Origin: a virus
Virus record (IMG/VR): IMGVR_UViG_3300045988_056849
Strand: one strand, 5' to 3'
DNA length: 64,000 nt
Below the pieces are notes generated by a model. The model had not been told where the DNA came from and did not search any database. It was given only the letters and a program-made list of their open reading frames with translations. Position numbers and translations under genes: made by a program. Of the stretch, positions 41,872-50,205 are shown piece after piece; within the stretch, counting starts at the first letter, position 1; each line of letters begins with the position of its first letter.

Positions 41872-43140
41872 ATGAAAGCAATCGAATTAACAAAGAACGA
41901 AAGAGAAATTTTGAAAGCAATCGTAGCTAACGCAAAGAAGGTAGGTGATTCAGGAGTTGAGTTCATTCTTCAGGACGTAGCGAGAGAAACTGGTAAATCT
42001 ATCCGAAGCGTATCAGCAACAACTGGAAGCCTTGCTAAGAAAGGTATGTTGCTAACCGCTAATGGAGACAGCTACTTCGATGGAGAACTCACAGAAGCTG
42101 GACTTCATGAAGTAGAAAGTAGCAAGGTTAATAACAATCAAGAAGTAAAAACTCAATCAAATAAATCAAAGAATATGGCAACAAAAGCAAACAAGACCGT
42201 AAAGGTGGAAGACAGCAAGAGTGTAACGAACGCAGTTGATAACTTCGATGCTCCTGTAATGGACGAGCGTATCTTGAAGTTGAACGAATTGAAAGCTGTG
42301 AAGATGGCTAACCTATCGAAAGGCAAAAGACCTGCTGCAAAGGAAGCAAAAGAACTTGCTACCTATATTCTCAACAACTGGGATAATCTTGCCGAGTTGA
42401 AGAATATCAAGAGCGAGGATGTAACGAATGAAGACCTTCAGAATATCTTGTCCAGTCGTTTGAAGAATTTTGAAGACGCAAGCAAAGCAGCGGAGAAAGC
42501 GGTCAAAGAAGCAGAAAAGGCTGAGAAAGCTCCGAAGGCGAAAACCGAGAAGAAGGAAACGAAGAAAGCTGCCCCTGCTAAGTCAAAGAAGGCTGATAGC
42601 AAGAAAGCAGAGCCGAAAGCGAAGGAAGAGAAGAAGGATGAACCGAAGGTGGCTAAAACTGCCCGCAAAGTGGGAGACGTTCACCCGAAGCACCCGACTT
42701 GGGTATGGACTGAGTACGCTGAAGGAAAGTTCGATTGGAGAACCAATCCAGCCGACAAGAAGCAAGGTCAGAGAACGGACAAGGCAGCGACTTCTGAAAT
42801 GAAGTCCGAGCCGAAAAAAGCAGCCGTGAGTAAGAAGGCTGTTGCTAAGGAGACAAACAAAAAGGTGGCCAAAGGTGGTAAGGTTGAAAAAGAAGCTCCG
42901 AAGGAATTGACAATTGACGAGTTCGTTGCTTTACCTTCTAAGAGTGCGAGAGGCAACAAGAAACCGAGCGAAGCCCAAAAGGAAGCATTAAAACTTGTTA
43001 TGAAAGGCTACCGAGTAACCGCTGACCATAAGTTCTTTGAGAACGCAGAAGGTGATAAGAAAGCGTGTAATTGGGATAGCGTAGTTGCTATGCTGAAGAG
43101 ATACGGAATGGAGTACATACCAGTTGGACTTGTAAAGTAA
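41872..43140 (+). CDS. Winged-helix (MarR-like) N-terminal domain fused to a long histone-H1-like K/A/E-rich region
   Basis: 'LTKNEREILKAIVANAKK...ILQDVARETGKSIRSVSATTGSLAKKGML' is wHTH-like. It is followed by 'KAPKAKTEKKETKKAAPAKSKKADSKKAEPKAKEEKK'. Behind a class I promoter. Confidence 0.5.
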   Translation: MKAIELTKNEREILKAIVANAKKVGDSGVEFILQDVARETGKSIRSVSATTGSLAKKGMLLTANGDSYFDGELTEAGLHEVESSKVNNNQEVKTQSNKSKNMATKANKTVKVEDSKSVTNAVDNFDAPVMDERILKLNELKAVKMANLSKGKRPAAKEAKELATYILNNWDNLAELKNIKSEDVTNEDLQNILSSRLKNFEDASKAAEKAVKEAEKAEKAPKAKTEKKETKKAAPAKSKKADSKKAEPKAKEEKKDEPKVAKTARKVGDVHPKHPTWVWTEYAEGKFDWRTNPADKKQGQRTDKAATSEMKSEPKKAAVSKKAVAKETNKKVAKGGKVEKEAPKELTIDEFVALPSKSARGNKKPSEAQKEALKLVMKGYRVTADHKFFENAEGDKKACNWDSVVAMLKRYGMEYIPVGLVK

Positions 43141-43628
43141 TGATAGCAACAAAAGAAAATAGCCTGATTGTAGAACTCCGCACCTTTGCTAAGCTAATAG
43201 GAGAAGAAGGAAGACAAGCGGAGTTCTACCGTCAGATGCTAAAAGACGCAAAGCCCATAGAGGTTGTACGATTATCGGATGTATTCACGGAAACCGAGAT
43301 AAAAGCAATAAAGAAGTTCGTCAAGCCTCAAGTCAAGGAATGTTTCCGCAACGCAACTCTATTCGCTCATATCTTCCCAGAGGTCAAATATGTCGAAGGC
43401 AAGATGACGGTTTGCGGTACGTTCGGAACGGAGCATGCTTGGAATAAGGTAGGCGACAAGTACGTTGATATCACTATGGAGCTTGCTTTACAACGAGACC
43501 CAACGAAAGAGGAGTATATGGCTTTGGGAGAGTATGACCAAGAAACCGTTGTTAGCATCTGTTCTGAGGTAGGCTTCTATGGTAGTGTGTATCCGATATT
43601 GTATAACAAACAAAATTCCGAGAAATGA
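43140..43628 (+). CDS. Transglutaminase/papain-like cysteine peptidase fold candidate (possible endolysin)
   Basis: Ordered Cys-His-Asp pattern: 'KECFRNATLFAHIF', 'GTEHAWNKV', 'KYVDIT'. Directly upstream of small membrane/lipoprotein genes. Confidence 0.3.
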   Translation: MIATKENSLIVELRTFAKLIGEEGRQAEFYRQMLKDAKPIEVVRLSDVFTETEIKAIKKFVKPQVKECFRNATLFAHIFPEVKYVEGKMTVCGTFGTEHAWNKVGDKYVDITMELALQRDPTKEEYMALGEYDQETVVSICSEVGFYGSVYPILYNKQNSEK

Positions 43629-43691
43629 AAAAGTTTGAATATTTGAGATTATCTTACAGCGTAGTTCAACCTTGTAAGAAAGAGGTAAAAG

Positions 43692-43910
43692 ATGGACAAG
43701 AAATATAATATAGCAAAAGCTATCAACATACTGGTATGTATGGGTATAGTAGTAGCGATAATGCTTTGTGCGTACAATGCTTGGAGCCTGAACGGTGAAT
43801 ATACTTTATTCAGTTTCTTTGCTTCTTTGGTAATGCACGGAGGATTGGGAATAATGATATATTGCGGAGTTGATTGGATACTCCGCAGAGTGTTTCACCA
43901 AATTAAGTAA
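43692..43910 (+). CDS. Small two-TM membrane protein (72 aa), holin-like by size and topology
   Basis: Hydrophobic stretches 'AINILVCMGIVVAIMLCAY' and 'LFSFFASLVMHGGLGIMIYCGV', with a basic C-terminus. Confidence 0.4.
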   Translation: MDKKYNIAKAINILVCMGIVVAIMLCAYNAWSLNGEYTLFSFFASLVMHGGLGIMIYCGVDWILRRVFHQIK

Positions 43911-43912
43911 AG

Positions 43913-44158
43913 ATGAAAAAATTGATTATGTTGCTAATGTTAATCATAGCCTCAAGTTGCGGGATTAACAGATACCAACCAGTTCAGAACGAAGAAAGAA
44001 CAGATGTAATAAAACAAGAGATTAAAGAAGAGCCGAGAGAAGGACAAATAACAATAATCGAAGTACCACGTCAGAAGTTTACGAGAGAACAAAGAATAAT
44101 GTTAAACAAAATAAAAGAACAAGCAGAAGATGTCGAATTTGAAGAAATTCAAGGTTAA
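43913..44158 (+). CDS. Small lipoprotein (81 aa)
   Basis: Signal peptide with a lipobox-like 'LLMLIIASSCG'. Confidence 0.5.
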   Translation: MKKLIMLLMLIIASSCGINRYQPVQNEERTDVIKQEIKEEPREGQITIIEVPRQKFTREQRIMLNKIKEQAEDVEFEEIQG

Positions 44159-44315
44159 GTTCTTTGGTAGCAAACACCGTAAAGAACAAATCAAACAAGT
44201 TAAAAATCTTATCGTTGACGCTCCGAAGAGAGAAGCAGTTGAGGACGTTCTGCGTCACCAATACGGCTACGAGGTAATCAACGGATTGAAAATTCACGAT
44301 TATGAAGGAGAATGA
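44130..44315 (+). CDS. Hypothetical protein (61 aa)
   Basis: Short ORF overlapping both neighbours. Weakly supported. Confidence 0.3.
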   Translation: MSNLKKFKVKFFGSKHRKEQIKQVKNLIVDAPKREAVEDVLRHQYGYEVINGLKIHDYEGE

Positions 44316-44769
44316 AAACATTGACCCTATGCTTGAGGCGAAAGCTACTTGCTTGGGAGGTTGTCTGACTATGGTAGTCATGGGCGTATTATTAGCAATA
44401 GTCCTATTCCTTACCAGCTGTAACGGAGCTTTTGAACGCAAAGACCCAAGGGCAGTAACGTATCGGGAGAAGGTAAGTGATACAGATACTTCGGATATAT
44501 GGAGAAACGTCACCTATGAGCTTGTAAGTGTGTCGTATGATACTGTTCCGAAGGTACGGAGGGAACGAAGTACCATAGAGCCTGAAATTTTAGCTCCGAA
44601 GGTTCAGACCATACCGAAAGACCGTGTTGATTTGAACGATTATCTTGGAGACCCAGACGATGGTACTGATTGGAATTACACCGAGATAGACGAAGAGGCA
44701 GAAAAGTATCTTGATGACTTGGGAATTTATTGGGATAGCGACAAAGAATATTGGAGGAAAAGAAAATGA
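44302..44769 (+). CDS. Membrane-anchored or lipoprotein-like protein (155 aa)
   Basis: The hydrophobic segment 'LTMVVMGVLLAIVLFLTSC' ends in an L-T-S-C lipobox-like motif. The remainder is acidic. Confidence 0.45.
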   Translation: MKENENIDPMLEAKATCLGGCLTMVVMGVLLAIVLFLTSCNGAFERKDPRAVTYREKVSDTDTSDIWRNVTYELVSVSYDTVPKVRRERSTIEPEILAPKVQTIPKDRVDLNDYLGDPDDGTDWNYTEIDEEAEKYLDDLGIYWDSDKEYWRKRK

Positions 44770-45050
44770 GCAAAATCTACGGAGTTTATATGGCGTACAC
44801 TAAATATGAAGTATTGCCTGATGAGGAGTGCAACAATCCAGACATTCCTAAATACCCACCCGAAATAGCGAGAGTGAGAATGTACGACAATAAGCAAGCA
44901 CAAATGGATGCTTATGCTAATACGATGTGTCCTGCTTCTCAATGTTTTGAAGCCGATACGAAAGAAGAGGCAGACAAAATAGTTGAGGACTACAAAAAGA
45001 AGTTCCAAGATAAGGCTTGGCTTGAGGAAAACATAGAGCCGTATATTTGA
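44766..45050 (+). CDS. Hypothetical protein (94 aa)
   Basis: ATGA overlap with the upstream stop (MSKIYGVY...). Confidence 0.45.
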   Translation: MSKIYGVYMAYTKYEVLPDEECNNPDIPKYPPEIARVRMYDNKQAQMDAYANTMCPASQCFEADTKEEADKIVEDYKKKFQDKAWLEENIEPYI

Positions 45051-45059
45051 TATCAAAGC

Positions 45060-45151
45060 GTTAAATTTTGGGCATTTTTAGTTAAAAGCGAAATTTCTAC
45101 AAAGATTTTTCGCTTTTTATTTTGCCGTTTGCGAAATAGTTTCTACCTTCG
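45060..45151 (+). promoter_or_regulatory. Class I promoter copy 3: GTTAAAT box, -33 TTTG (45121-45124), 19-nt spacer, -7 TACCTTCG (45144-45151)
   Basis: tcgctttttattttgccgtttgcgaaatagtttctaccttcgtaccag is nearly identical to copy 1. Confidence 0.65.
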
Positions 45152-45179
45152 TACCAGATAACAATTAAAACATACGGTT

Positions 45180-45539
45180 ATGGCAGTTTATAGAGAAGGT
45201 TACAAAGCTATCGAAGCTATCGAAGCTATAAAAAGAGCAAGTAAGAGAATTTACAATGACGCTTGCGACTATGGTGCTCCAACCAAGAAAGGAGACGTGA
45301 TTTGGAACTATGCTAAACAACTATGCGATTGGTACGGAGTAGAGGGAACAAGGAAGGAGAGCCGATACAGCACTGGTTGTACTCTTACTCAGGACGTAAA
45401 ATTGATAGACGAATGGGCTGTAAGTGACGAACGCAAGACTTTATCTCAAGCGACCGAGATTTATACAGTTACCTTCGTGACTTGCTCAGATGGTCAATGT
45501 AAAGGCATGAACGGATATATTTACATAACAAAGAAATAA
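45180..45539 (+). CDS. Hypothetical protein (119 aa)
   Basis: First gene behind class I promoter copy 3. Confidence 0.5.
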   Translation: MAVYREGYKAIEAIEAIKRASKRIYNDACDYGAPTKKGDVIWNYAKQLCDWYGVEGTRKESRYSTGCTLTQDVKLIDEWAVSDERKTLSQATEIYTVTFVTCSDGQCKGMNGYIYITKK

Positions 45540-45543
45540 ACAT

Positions 45544-45846
45544 ATGGGACTTATTATTTTGAACGAACAGGAAAAGAAGGATTTATTGGTATTGTTGAAA
45601 AGCTCCGATAACGAGTGTTATGATAACATTATCAAGAAACTGAGAAAAAAGCCTATTTGGAAACGTATCTTGTATGTACTTGACGGGCGTTTCGGCAATA
45701 AAGTATTAAAGGAACAATACAGAGGATGGTGGCGACTATTCACCTATGGTACATTGGTTATCCTATTTATAAGGTTTGTAATGTTTCCTTTCTTTCAATG
45801 GTGGGATGGAGTTGTAAGTTTTCTGAACTATGTAATTTGGGGATGA
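45544..45846 (+). CDS. Membrane protein (100 aa)
   Basis: C-terminal hydrophobic segment 'LFTYGTLVILFIRFVMFPFF'. Confidence 0.45.
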   Translation: MGLIILNEQEKKDLLVLLKSSDNECYDNIIKKLRKKPIWKRILYVLDGRFGNKVLKEQYRGWWRLFTYGTLVILFIRFVMFPFFQWWDGVVSFLNYVIWG

Positions 45847-45847
45847 T

Positions 45848-46147
45848 ATGACTCATAAGGAAATACTATCCGAGATTGATTGGGAGGTAAAGAAGCAAGA
45901 ACGCTTCTTGAACCTTGTAGGCAGAGCCAATCGAATGAAGCCCAAAGATAGGGAAGCCGTTTTGAAGAACGCTTGTTGGGTAGATGGTACGGTTGAAGGA
46001 CAAGTCCAGTATTGTTTAAGGAAGAGAGAAAAACTGCTGAAGGCTTATAGAAAGTTATATGATAAGTGGATTAATATAAAAAGACCATTCAAATACTCAA
46101 TATTTGATGATAAAACAAAAAAAGATGATTTGCGAGACAAACATTAA
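45848..46147 (+). CDS. Hypothetical protein (99 aa)
   Basis: ATG 2 nt after the upstream stop. Confidence 0.45.
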   Translation: MTHKEILSEIDWEVKKQERFLNLVGRANRMKPKDREAVLKNACWVDGTVEGQVQYCLRKREKLLKAYRKLYDKWINIKRPFKYSIFDDKTKKDDLRDKH

Positions 46148-46364
46148 ACCGCTTCTTCATCAACTTCAAACTTGGGAAGAAACTGATGACCCAAACATTA
46201 GAGTTTTGAAACAAACTAAAACGGTTTATGTTGATAATAGATACGAAGCTAAATTGAGATTATTCAATTATATACGTTATACCAAAAACGGTTTAGAAAT
46301 CCCAAAATATGAACCTTATAAAAATACTGAAATAGGTAAAACAGTTCCCATACTTAATTTTTGA
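46104..46364 (+). CDS. Hypothetical protein (about 80-86 aa)
   Basis: Overlaps the upstream ORF. An alternative ATG lies at 46125. Confidence 0.35.
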   Translation: MMIKQKKMICETNIKPLLHQLQTWEETDDPNIRVLKQTKTVYVDNRYEAKLRLFNYIRYTKNGLEIPKYEPYKNTEIGKTVPILNF

Positions 46365-46383
46365 ATCCAAACACATAGCAAGG

Positions 46384-46450
46384 TTGCTCGTGAACTCCAA
46401 CCTTCGGGGTGATAAAAGACTTCGGAGGAGAAAGCGGAACTCACGAGCAA
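46384..46450 (+). other. 67-nt compound hairpin with two CTTCGG (UUCG-tetraloop-type) motifs; possible small structured RNA or protein-binding site
   Basis: Perfect 10-bp closing stem ttgctcgtga (46384-46393) / tcacgagcaa (46441-46450). Inner CTCC/GGAG pairing. CTTCGG at 46402-46407 and 46420-46425. No T-tract follows, so it is not a standard terminator. Confidence 0.5.
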
Positions 46451-46515
46451 TCATATTTTAATTGCCTGACGAAACGTAACAATACCAAAGATAACCGCCA
46501 AAATAATTTTGCTAT

Positions 46516-46540
46516 AAGGGGGTGTTTAGGGGGATATTCT
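46516..46540 (+). promoter_or_regulatory. Double G5 box AAGGGGG-tgttt-AGGGGG-atATTCT
   Basis: Matches AAGGGGG-agcg-AGGGGG-taacATTCT at 9771-9796. Confidence 0.4.
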
Positions 46541-46614
46541 GCGTGAGCGTACATGTACATACGTAAGCAAAAAAACTTTCTTATCAGAAATAAAGACATA
46601 ACAAATAATTGAGA

Positions 46615-46635
46615 ACTTTCTTTGCTACTTTCTTT
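46615..46635 (+). repeat. Iteron-like direct repeat ACTTTCTTT x2 (12-nt period), with a third ACTTTCTT at 46575-46582
   Basis: aACTTTCTTTgctACTTTCTTTgg is read directly from the sequence. Confidence 0.6.
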
Positions 46636-46642
46636 GGTTCAT

Positions 46643-46676
46643 AAGGGGGTAACCATCAAAGTTATCCTACCCAGTA
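46643..46676 (+). promoter_or_regulatory. G-box unit U3: AAGGGGGTAAC-N9-TATCCTAC-CCAGTA, ending about 20 nt before the ATG at 46696
   Basis: Same ordered elements as unit U2 at 9781-9820. Confidence 0.45.
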
Positions 46677-46695
46677 TGTATAAAAAATTGTAAAT

Positions 46696-47274
46696 ATGAA
46701 TTGGATTAAGAAATTTGCTCAATGGCTTCTATCGGAGGAACTTGCCGAAGAAAGGAAGCATTATCAGAAAATCAATGACGACCTACGAGCCGACAAGGAA
46801 GCATTGGAAAAATCGAACGAAGGTTTGAGACGTTTAGCATTCGGGAGACGTAAACACCTTGTATCTCAATTAATGCTTGAGTGTATAGTAAAGTGCTTAC
46901 CAGACCCAAATGCCGTAGGAACAGGAGGCATAACCGCTTCGGACATCAAATTGCGTAACATGGGTTTTGTAGATGAGATTGGTGGAAGGAAGTACGACCA
47001 TAAGTGCTTCGTCAAGGAAATAACAGCTCACGAAGGAGAGCGAGGAGCGATTGTCCACATAACCGACTACAACATGAATATCTTCATTCCGCTGAGAAAG
47101 GAGAATGTCAGTTATGAGATGTACGGTGTTCAAACCGCAATTGAGACTTACTTCTGGGACTTTTATGGAGCAGGGTTAAGGATGTTAAGTGCGGAAGCAT
47201 GGGCGATGGCTACGGAGTTCATACGAGCACAAAACAATGTATTGAAAGAATTTAGAGAACAAGGATTGTTATGA
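46696..47274 (+). CDS. Hypothetical protein (192 aa), first gene after the second non-coding region
   Basis: ATG ORF with an N-terminal coiled segment. No motif. Confidence 0.5.
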   Translation: MNWIKKFAQWLLSEELAEERKHYQKINDDLRADKEALEKSNEGLRRLAFGRRKHLVSQLMLECIVKCLPDPNAVGTGGITASDIKLRNMGFVDEIGGRKYDHKCFVKEITAHEGERGAIVHITDYNMNIFIPLRKENVSYEMYGVQTAIETYFWDFYGAGLRMLSAEAWAMATEFIRAQNNVLKEFREQGLL

Positions 47275-47693
47275 AAGTAAGAGTCAGTCAAATACCCGAA
47301 GAAAGCGGCAAGCCGAAGTATCAAAAGAAGATGAAAACCACGACAAAGAAGGCAAAGGACTTCGATGACGAGGAAGATGATGACGACTTTGGAGAGGAGC
47401 CTGAGGAGGACGAGCCGAAACGGTTGAAGAAAACAATGATTAACTTCGGAGAGGAGGGAATTGTTATATCAGCCTACGATTTGAACTGCATTGAGAAGGA
47501 TATGCGATTTGTAGAGAAACCGACCGCTCACTGGGAGTTCGGTATCACGATAAACAAAGGACTCAATCCAGGGCAGTTCATCAACAAAACGGACTTATCT
47601 ATGTGGTATATCAAGGAGGAAGTCAGAGACCGAAAATGGGACAGACTGATGGAACTCCTGAAATTAGAAGGTCTCAACGTTATTGAAGTGTAA
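47271..47693 (+). CDS. Hypothetical protein with acidic N-terminal region (140 aa)
   Basis: ATGA overlap. 'DFDDEEDDDDFGEEPEEDE'. Confidence 0.5.
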   Translation: MKVRVSQIPEESGKPKYQKKMKTTTKKAKDFDDEEDDDDFGEEPEEDEPKRLKKTMINFGEEGIVISAYDLNCIEKDMRFVEKPTAHWEFGITINKGLNPGQFINKTDLSMWYIKEEVRDRKWDRLMELLKLEGLNVIEV

Positions 47694-47698
47694 GTAAA

Positions 47699-47709
47699 CA
47701 GTTATAGTA
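47699..47709 (+). promoter_or_regulatory. CAGTTATAGTA motif (class IV) 35 nt upstream of the HU gene
   Basis: aaaCAGTTATAGTAccgtta. Compare 27044, 30698 and 50171. Confidence 0.4.
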
Positions 47710-47744
47710 CCGTTACATTTTGTTAAATTTAATTGTAAAGAAAA

Positions 47745-48047
47745 ATGAAAAAGTATGAATTGGTAGCCGCAGTGGCTAAGGAAACTGGGATGACCCAGAC
47801 AGACGTGAACAAAGTAATCGACGCAATGTGTCCTGTAATCGTAAAGGCTTGCGTTGAGGATGGTGACGAAGTGAACCTGCCTACTCTTGGTAAGTTCAAA
47901 CAGAAGGTCAACCCTGCTCGCAAGGGCATCAATCCGTTGACCAAGAAACCGATGGATGTGCCTGAGAGTCATACGTTGAAGTTCACACCGACAACAACTA
48001 TCAAGAAGGTTATTCAGCCCAAAGCAGCAAAGAAAGCTAAAAAGTAA
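47745..48047 (+). CDS. hup: HU/IHF-family histone-like DNA-binding protein
   Basis: 'MKKYELVAAVAKETGMTQTDVNKVIDAM' and the beta-arm 'GKFKQKVNPARKGINPLTKKPMDVPESHTLKFTP' with the conserved R-x-G-x-N-P. Confidence 0.8.
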   Translation: MKKYELVAAVAKETGMTQTDVNKVIDAMCPVIVKACVEDGDEVNLPTLGKFKQKVNPARKGINPLTKKPMDVPESHTLKFTPTTTIKKVIQPKAAKKAKK

Positions 48048-48113
48048 GCGAATACCCGAATGACGAGAGAATGGAGATTGGCGAATAATGTTTGCTTTTC
48101 TCCGTTTCTTTTT

Positions 48114-48130
48114 CTCCCAAAGTTTATAAT
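48114..48130 (+). promoter_or_regulatory. Class II motif copy b (degenerate): CTCCCAAAGTTTATAAT
   Basis: Preceded by tctttttc and a weak hairpin. 26 nt before the ATG at 48156. Confidence 0.35.
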
Positions 48131-48155
48131 TACAATTTAACAAAAGCAGAATGTA

Positions 48156-48446
48156 ATGAAAGCAATAACAACGAAAGAAAAGTTACCAAAGTTTCTTGTA
48201 GTGAATGCCGAAGCTCCGAGCAAGCCTTGGAATAAGTATTTGCTGAAACCTTACGAGAAAGGTGAAATTGTGAAAGTCGCTCCGTTTGAAGAACAAGTAT
48301 CTCACCCCAGCGTTGGTTCAACTCCTGAACAGTTCCGCAAAAGATACGTTGTTATATATCGTAAAGATGAAGAAGGCAAATGGACGCTGAAATATACACA
48401 AGGATGGGAATCATTTGATTTATTAACAACAATAAAAAAGAAGTAG
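48156..48446 (+). CDS. Hypothetical protein (96 aa)
   Basis: ATG ORF. No motif. Confidence 0.45.
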   Translation: MKAITTKEKLPKFLVVNAEAPSKPWNKYLLKPYEKGEIVKVAPFEEQVSHPSVGSTPEQFRKRYVVIYRKDEEGKWTLKYTQGWESFDLLTTIKKK

Positions 48447-48447
48447 T

Positions 48448-49083
48448 ATGAAACGTTTGAAAAGATTTATTTTGAGCTTGTTGCTCACGAAACAGGAACG
48501 AGTTATGATTTGGAACGCTCTTTGGTTCTCTAATCATACCTACAGGAGAAGGGGAAATGTAGATGGTGCTGCCGCAGTACAGATGGTGATGAACAGAACT
48601 GAGGGGTTGATTGTACCGAAAGGCAGAAAATACTCCGAGAAAGAACTTGTCGAGATTGTTGAAGGAATTATCAACGAAGCGGCAAAGGCAAGCGAGGAAG
48701 TAACAAGACATGTTGCCCGTCAAGAGTTCAACAAAGGCTATCGGAAAGGTAGAAGCGAAAGAACGCTTGAAGAGATTGCTGAACCACTCAGACCTTTCGG
48801 CAGAGCCGTACACGTTGAGGAGAAAGACGGCAAATTGGAAGTTGATATGGAACTCAACGAAGGTATGGAGATTGACCGTGAGAAGTGCGAAACATGCGAT
48901 GCTCGTGAAGGCTGTATTATCTTCGCTATGATATTTGGTCAGGACAAAGAAGAGGATGCCGAGGGCAGCGATTCAAAGCCGACTGAAGGCGAAGATACCG
49001 AGAAGGAGGAGAAAGATGAAGAGCAAGCACCCGAAGGCACTGAAGGACATCACGAAGCTCCGAAGGAAGATGAGGGCAAATAA
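48448..49083 (+). CDS. Hypothetical protein with acidic C-terminal tail (211 aa)
   Basis: ATG 2 nt after the upstream stop. No motif. Confidence 0.5.
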   Translation: MKRLKRFILSLLLTKQERVMIWNALWFSNHTYRRRGNVDGAAAVQMVMNRTEGLIVPKGRKYSEKELVEIVEGIINEAAKASEEVTRHVARQEFNKGYRKGRSERTLEEIAEPLRPFGRAVHVEEKDGKLEVDMELNEGMEIDREKCETCDAREGCIIFAMIFGQDKEEDAEGSDSKPTEGEDTEKEEKDEEQAPEGTEGHHEAPKEDEGK

Positions 49084-49163
49084 AATTCTTTGATTGTCTA
49101 TATAGAAACCGTGCGGCAAGGTTAATAACTAAGTCACACGGTTTCAACATTTAATAACAAGAT

Positions 49164-49826
49164 ATGATAAAGAGTAATTACATAGTATTTGACTGCGAAA
49201 CAGGTGGGTTATATGAGGACAAAAATCCAATAACCCAATATGCTGCGGTTGTTCTTGACGGCTCTACTTTGAAAGAGATAGACCGTTGGGAAACTTTCGT
49301 CAAGCCTTATGCTGATTTAGTTATCGAACAGGATGCGTTGGATAGGACTATGGTGAGTATGTCCGATATAAACAAGGGCATGAGCATTAAGGAGTTTATA
49401 TCAACCGCTACGGAGTTCTGGGAAACTCATAGAGCAAAGTCCAAGAAGAAGGAAATGGGACGGCTTGTACCAGTAGGTCATAACGTTCCTTTTGATATTC
49501 GGTTTTTGAATTACGCTCTTTCTCTTCAGAAGAAGGATGATGTTGAGTTTTGGATGTATCCGAATATCATTGATACCTTTCCGCTTGCTAAGTTAGCGTG
49601 GGGAATTAATGGAGACGAGAAAATCAACTTGGGAGCTTCTTGCGAGAGGGCAAAGATACGACTTACAGATGCTCACGGAGCGATGAATGACGTAGAAGCG
49701 ACAGCCGACCTTCTAAGATGGTATATGCGTAAACTCCGAGCGAAGAAAGGAGAAGGAGCGGCAGAAGCTACTCAGGGCAGAGCGAAGGGAGATGAGTTCT
49801 TTGAGTTCAAATGTGGAGCAAAGTAA
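49164..49826 (+). CDS. dnaQ: DnaQ-like DEDDh 3'-5' exonuclease (candidate proofreading subunit)
   Basis: ExoI 'FDCETGG', ExoII 'VGHNVPFDIRFL', ExoIII 'HGAMNDVEATADL'. Confidence 0.75.
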   Translation: MIKSNYIVFDCETGGLYEDKNPITQYAAVVLDGSTLKEIDRWETFVKPYADLVIEQDALDRTMVSMSDINKGMSIKEFISTATEFWETHRAKSKKKEMGRLVPVGHNVPFDIRFLNYALSLQKKDDVEFWMYPNIIDTFPLAKLAWGINGDEKINLGASCERAKIRLTDAHGAMNDVEATADLLRWYMRKLRAKKGEGAAEATQGRAKGDEFFEFKCGAK

Positions 49827-49848
49827 TTTTCACAAAGTTTATAATAAT

Positions 49849-50169
49849 ATGAGCAAAGAAACGTTTGATTTAGCTTCTAATTTAGAACAAGCATTTAATA
49901 GTATTGGAACATCAATGATGTCTTTGAATTTTGCTTCAAAATTGCTTGCTTATGTAGCAGTAATGGGCGGAGGCAATGAAGCAGTTACTATGCACGAAGG
50001 TTTGAACGCTGGTATAGCAATAGCTCAAAGGAAGTTCAATATATTTGGCGGTGAAGTTCCAGATTATAAAGGAATTATTTGCATCAGAGCTTTCATTAAT
50101 GAGCTTGAAAGGAAGGGTGATAAAACTCCTTGGTTAAAGGAAATATATGACCGTTATAATTTGAAATAA
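49849..50169 (+). CDS. Hypothetical protein (106 aa)
   Basis: First ATG after the upstream stop (MSKETFDL...). Confidence 0.45.
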   Translation: MSKETFDLASNLEQAFNSIGTSMMSLNFASKLLAYVAVMGGGNEAVTMHEGLNAGIAIAQRKFNIFGGEVPDYKGIICIRAFINELERKGDKTPWLKEIYDRYNLK

Positions 50170-50170
50170 A

Positions 50171-50181
50171 CAGTTATAGTA
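50171..50181 (+). promoter_or_regulatory. CAGTTATAGTA motif (class IV) 24 nt upstream of 50206
   Basis: aaaCAGTTATAGTAatcat. Confidence 0.4.
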
Positions 50182-50205
50182 ATCATAAATGTAAATTAAA
50201 ATCGT

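Noticed and set aside
49105-49145. Perfect 9-bp inverted repeat gaaaccgtg / cacggtttc with a 23-nt loop, considered as a terminator
   Set aside because: No T-tract follows and the loop is large. I note it as a hairpin of unknown role upstream of the exonuclease gene, but do not call it a terminator or an RNA gene.
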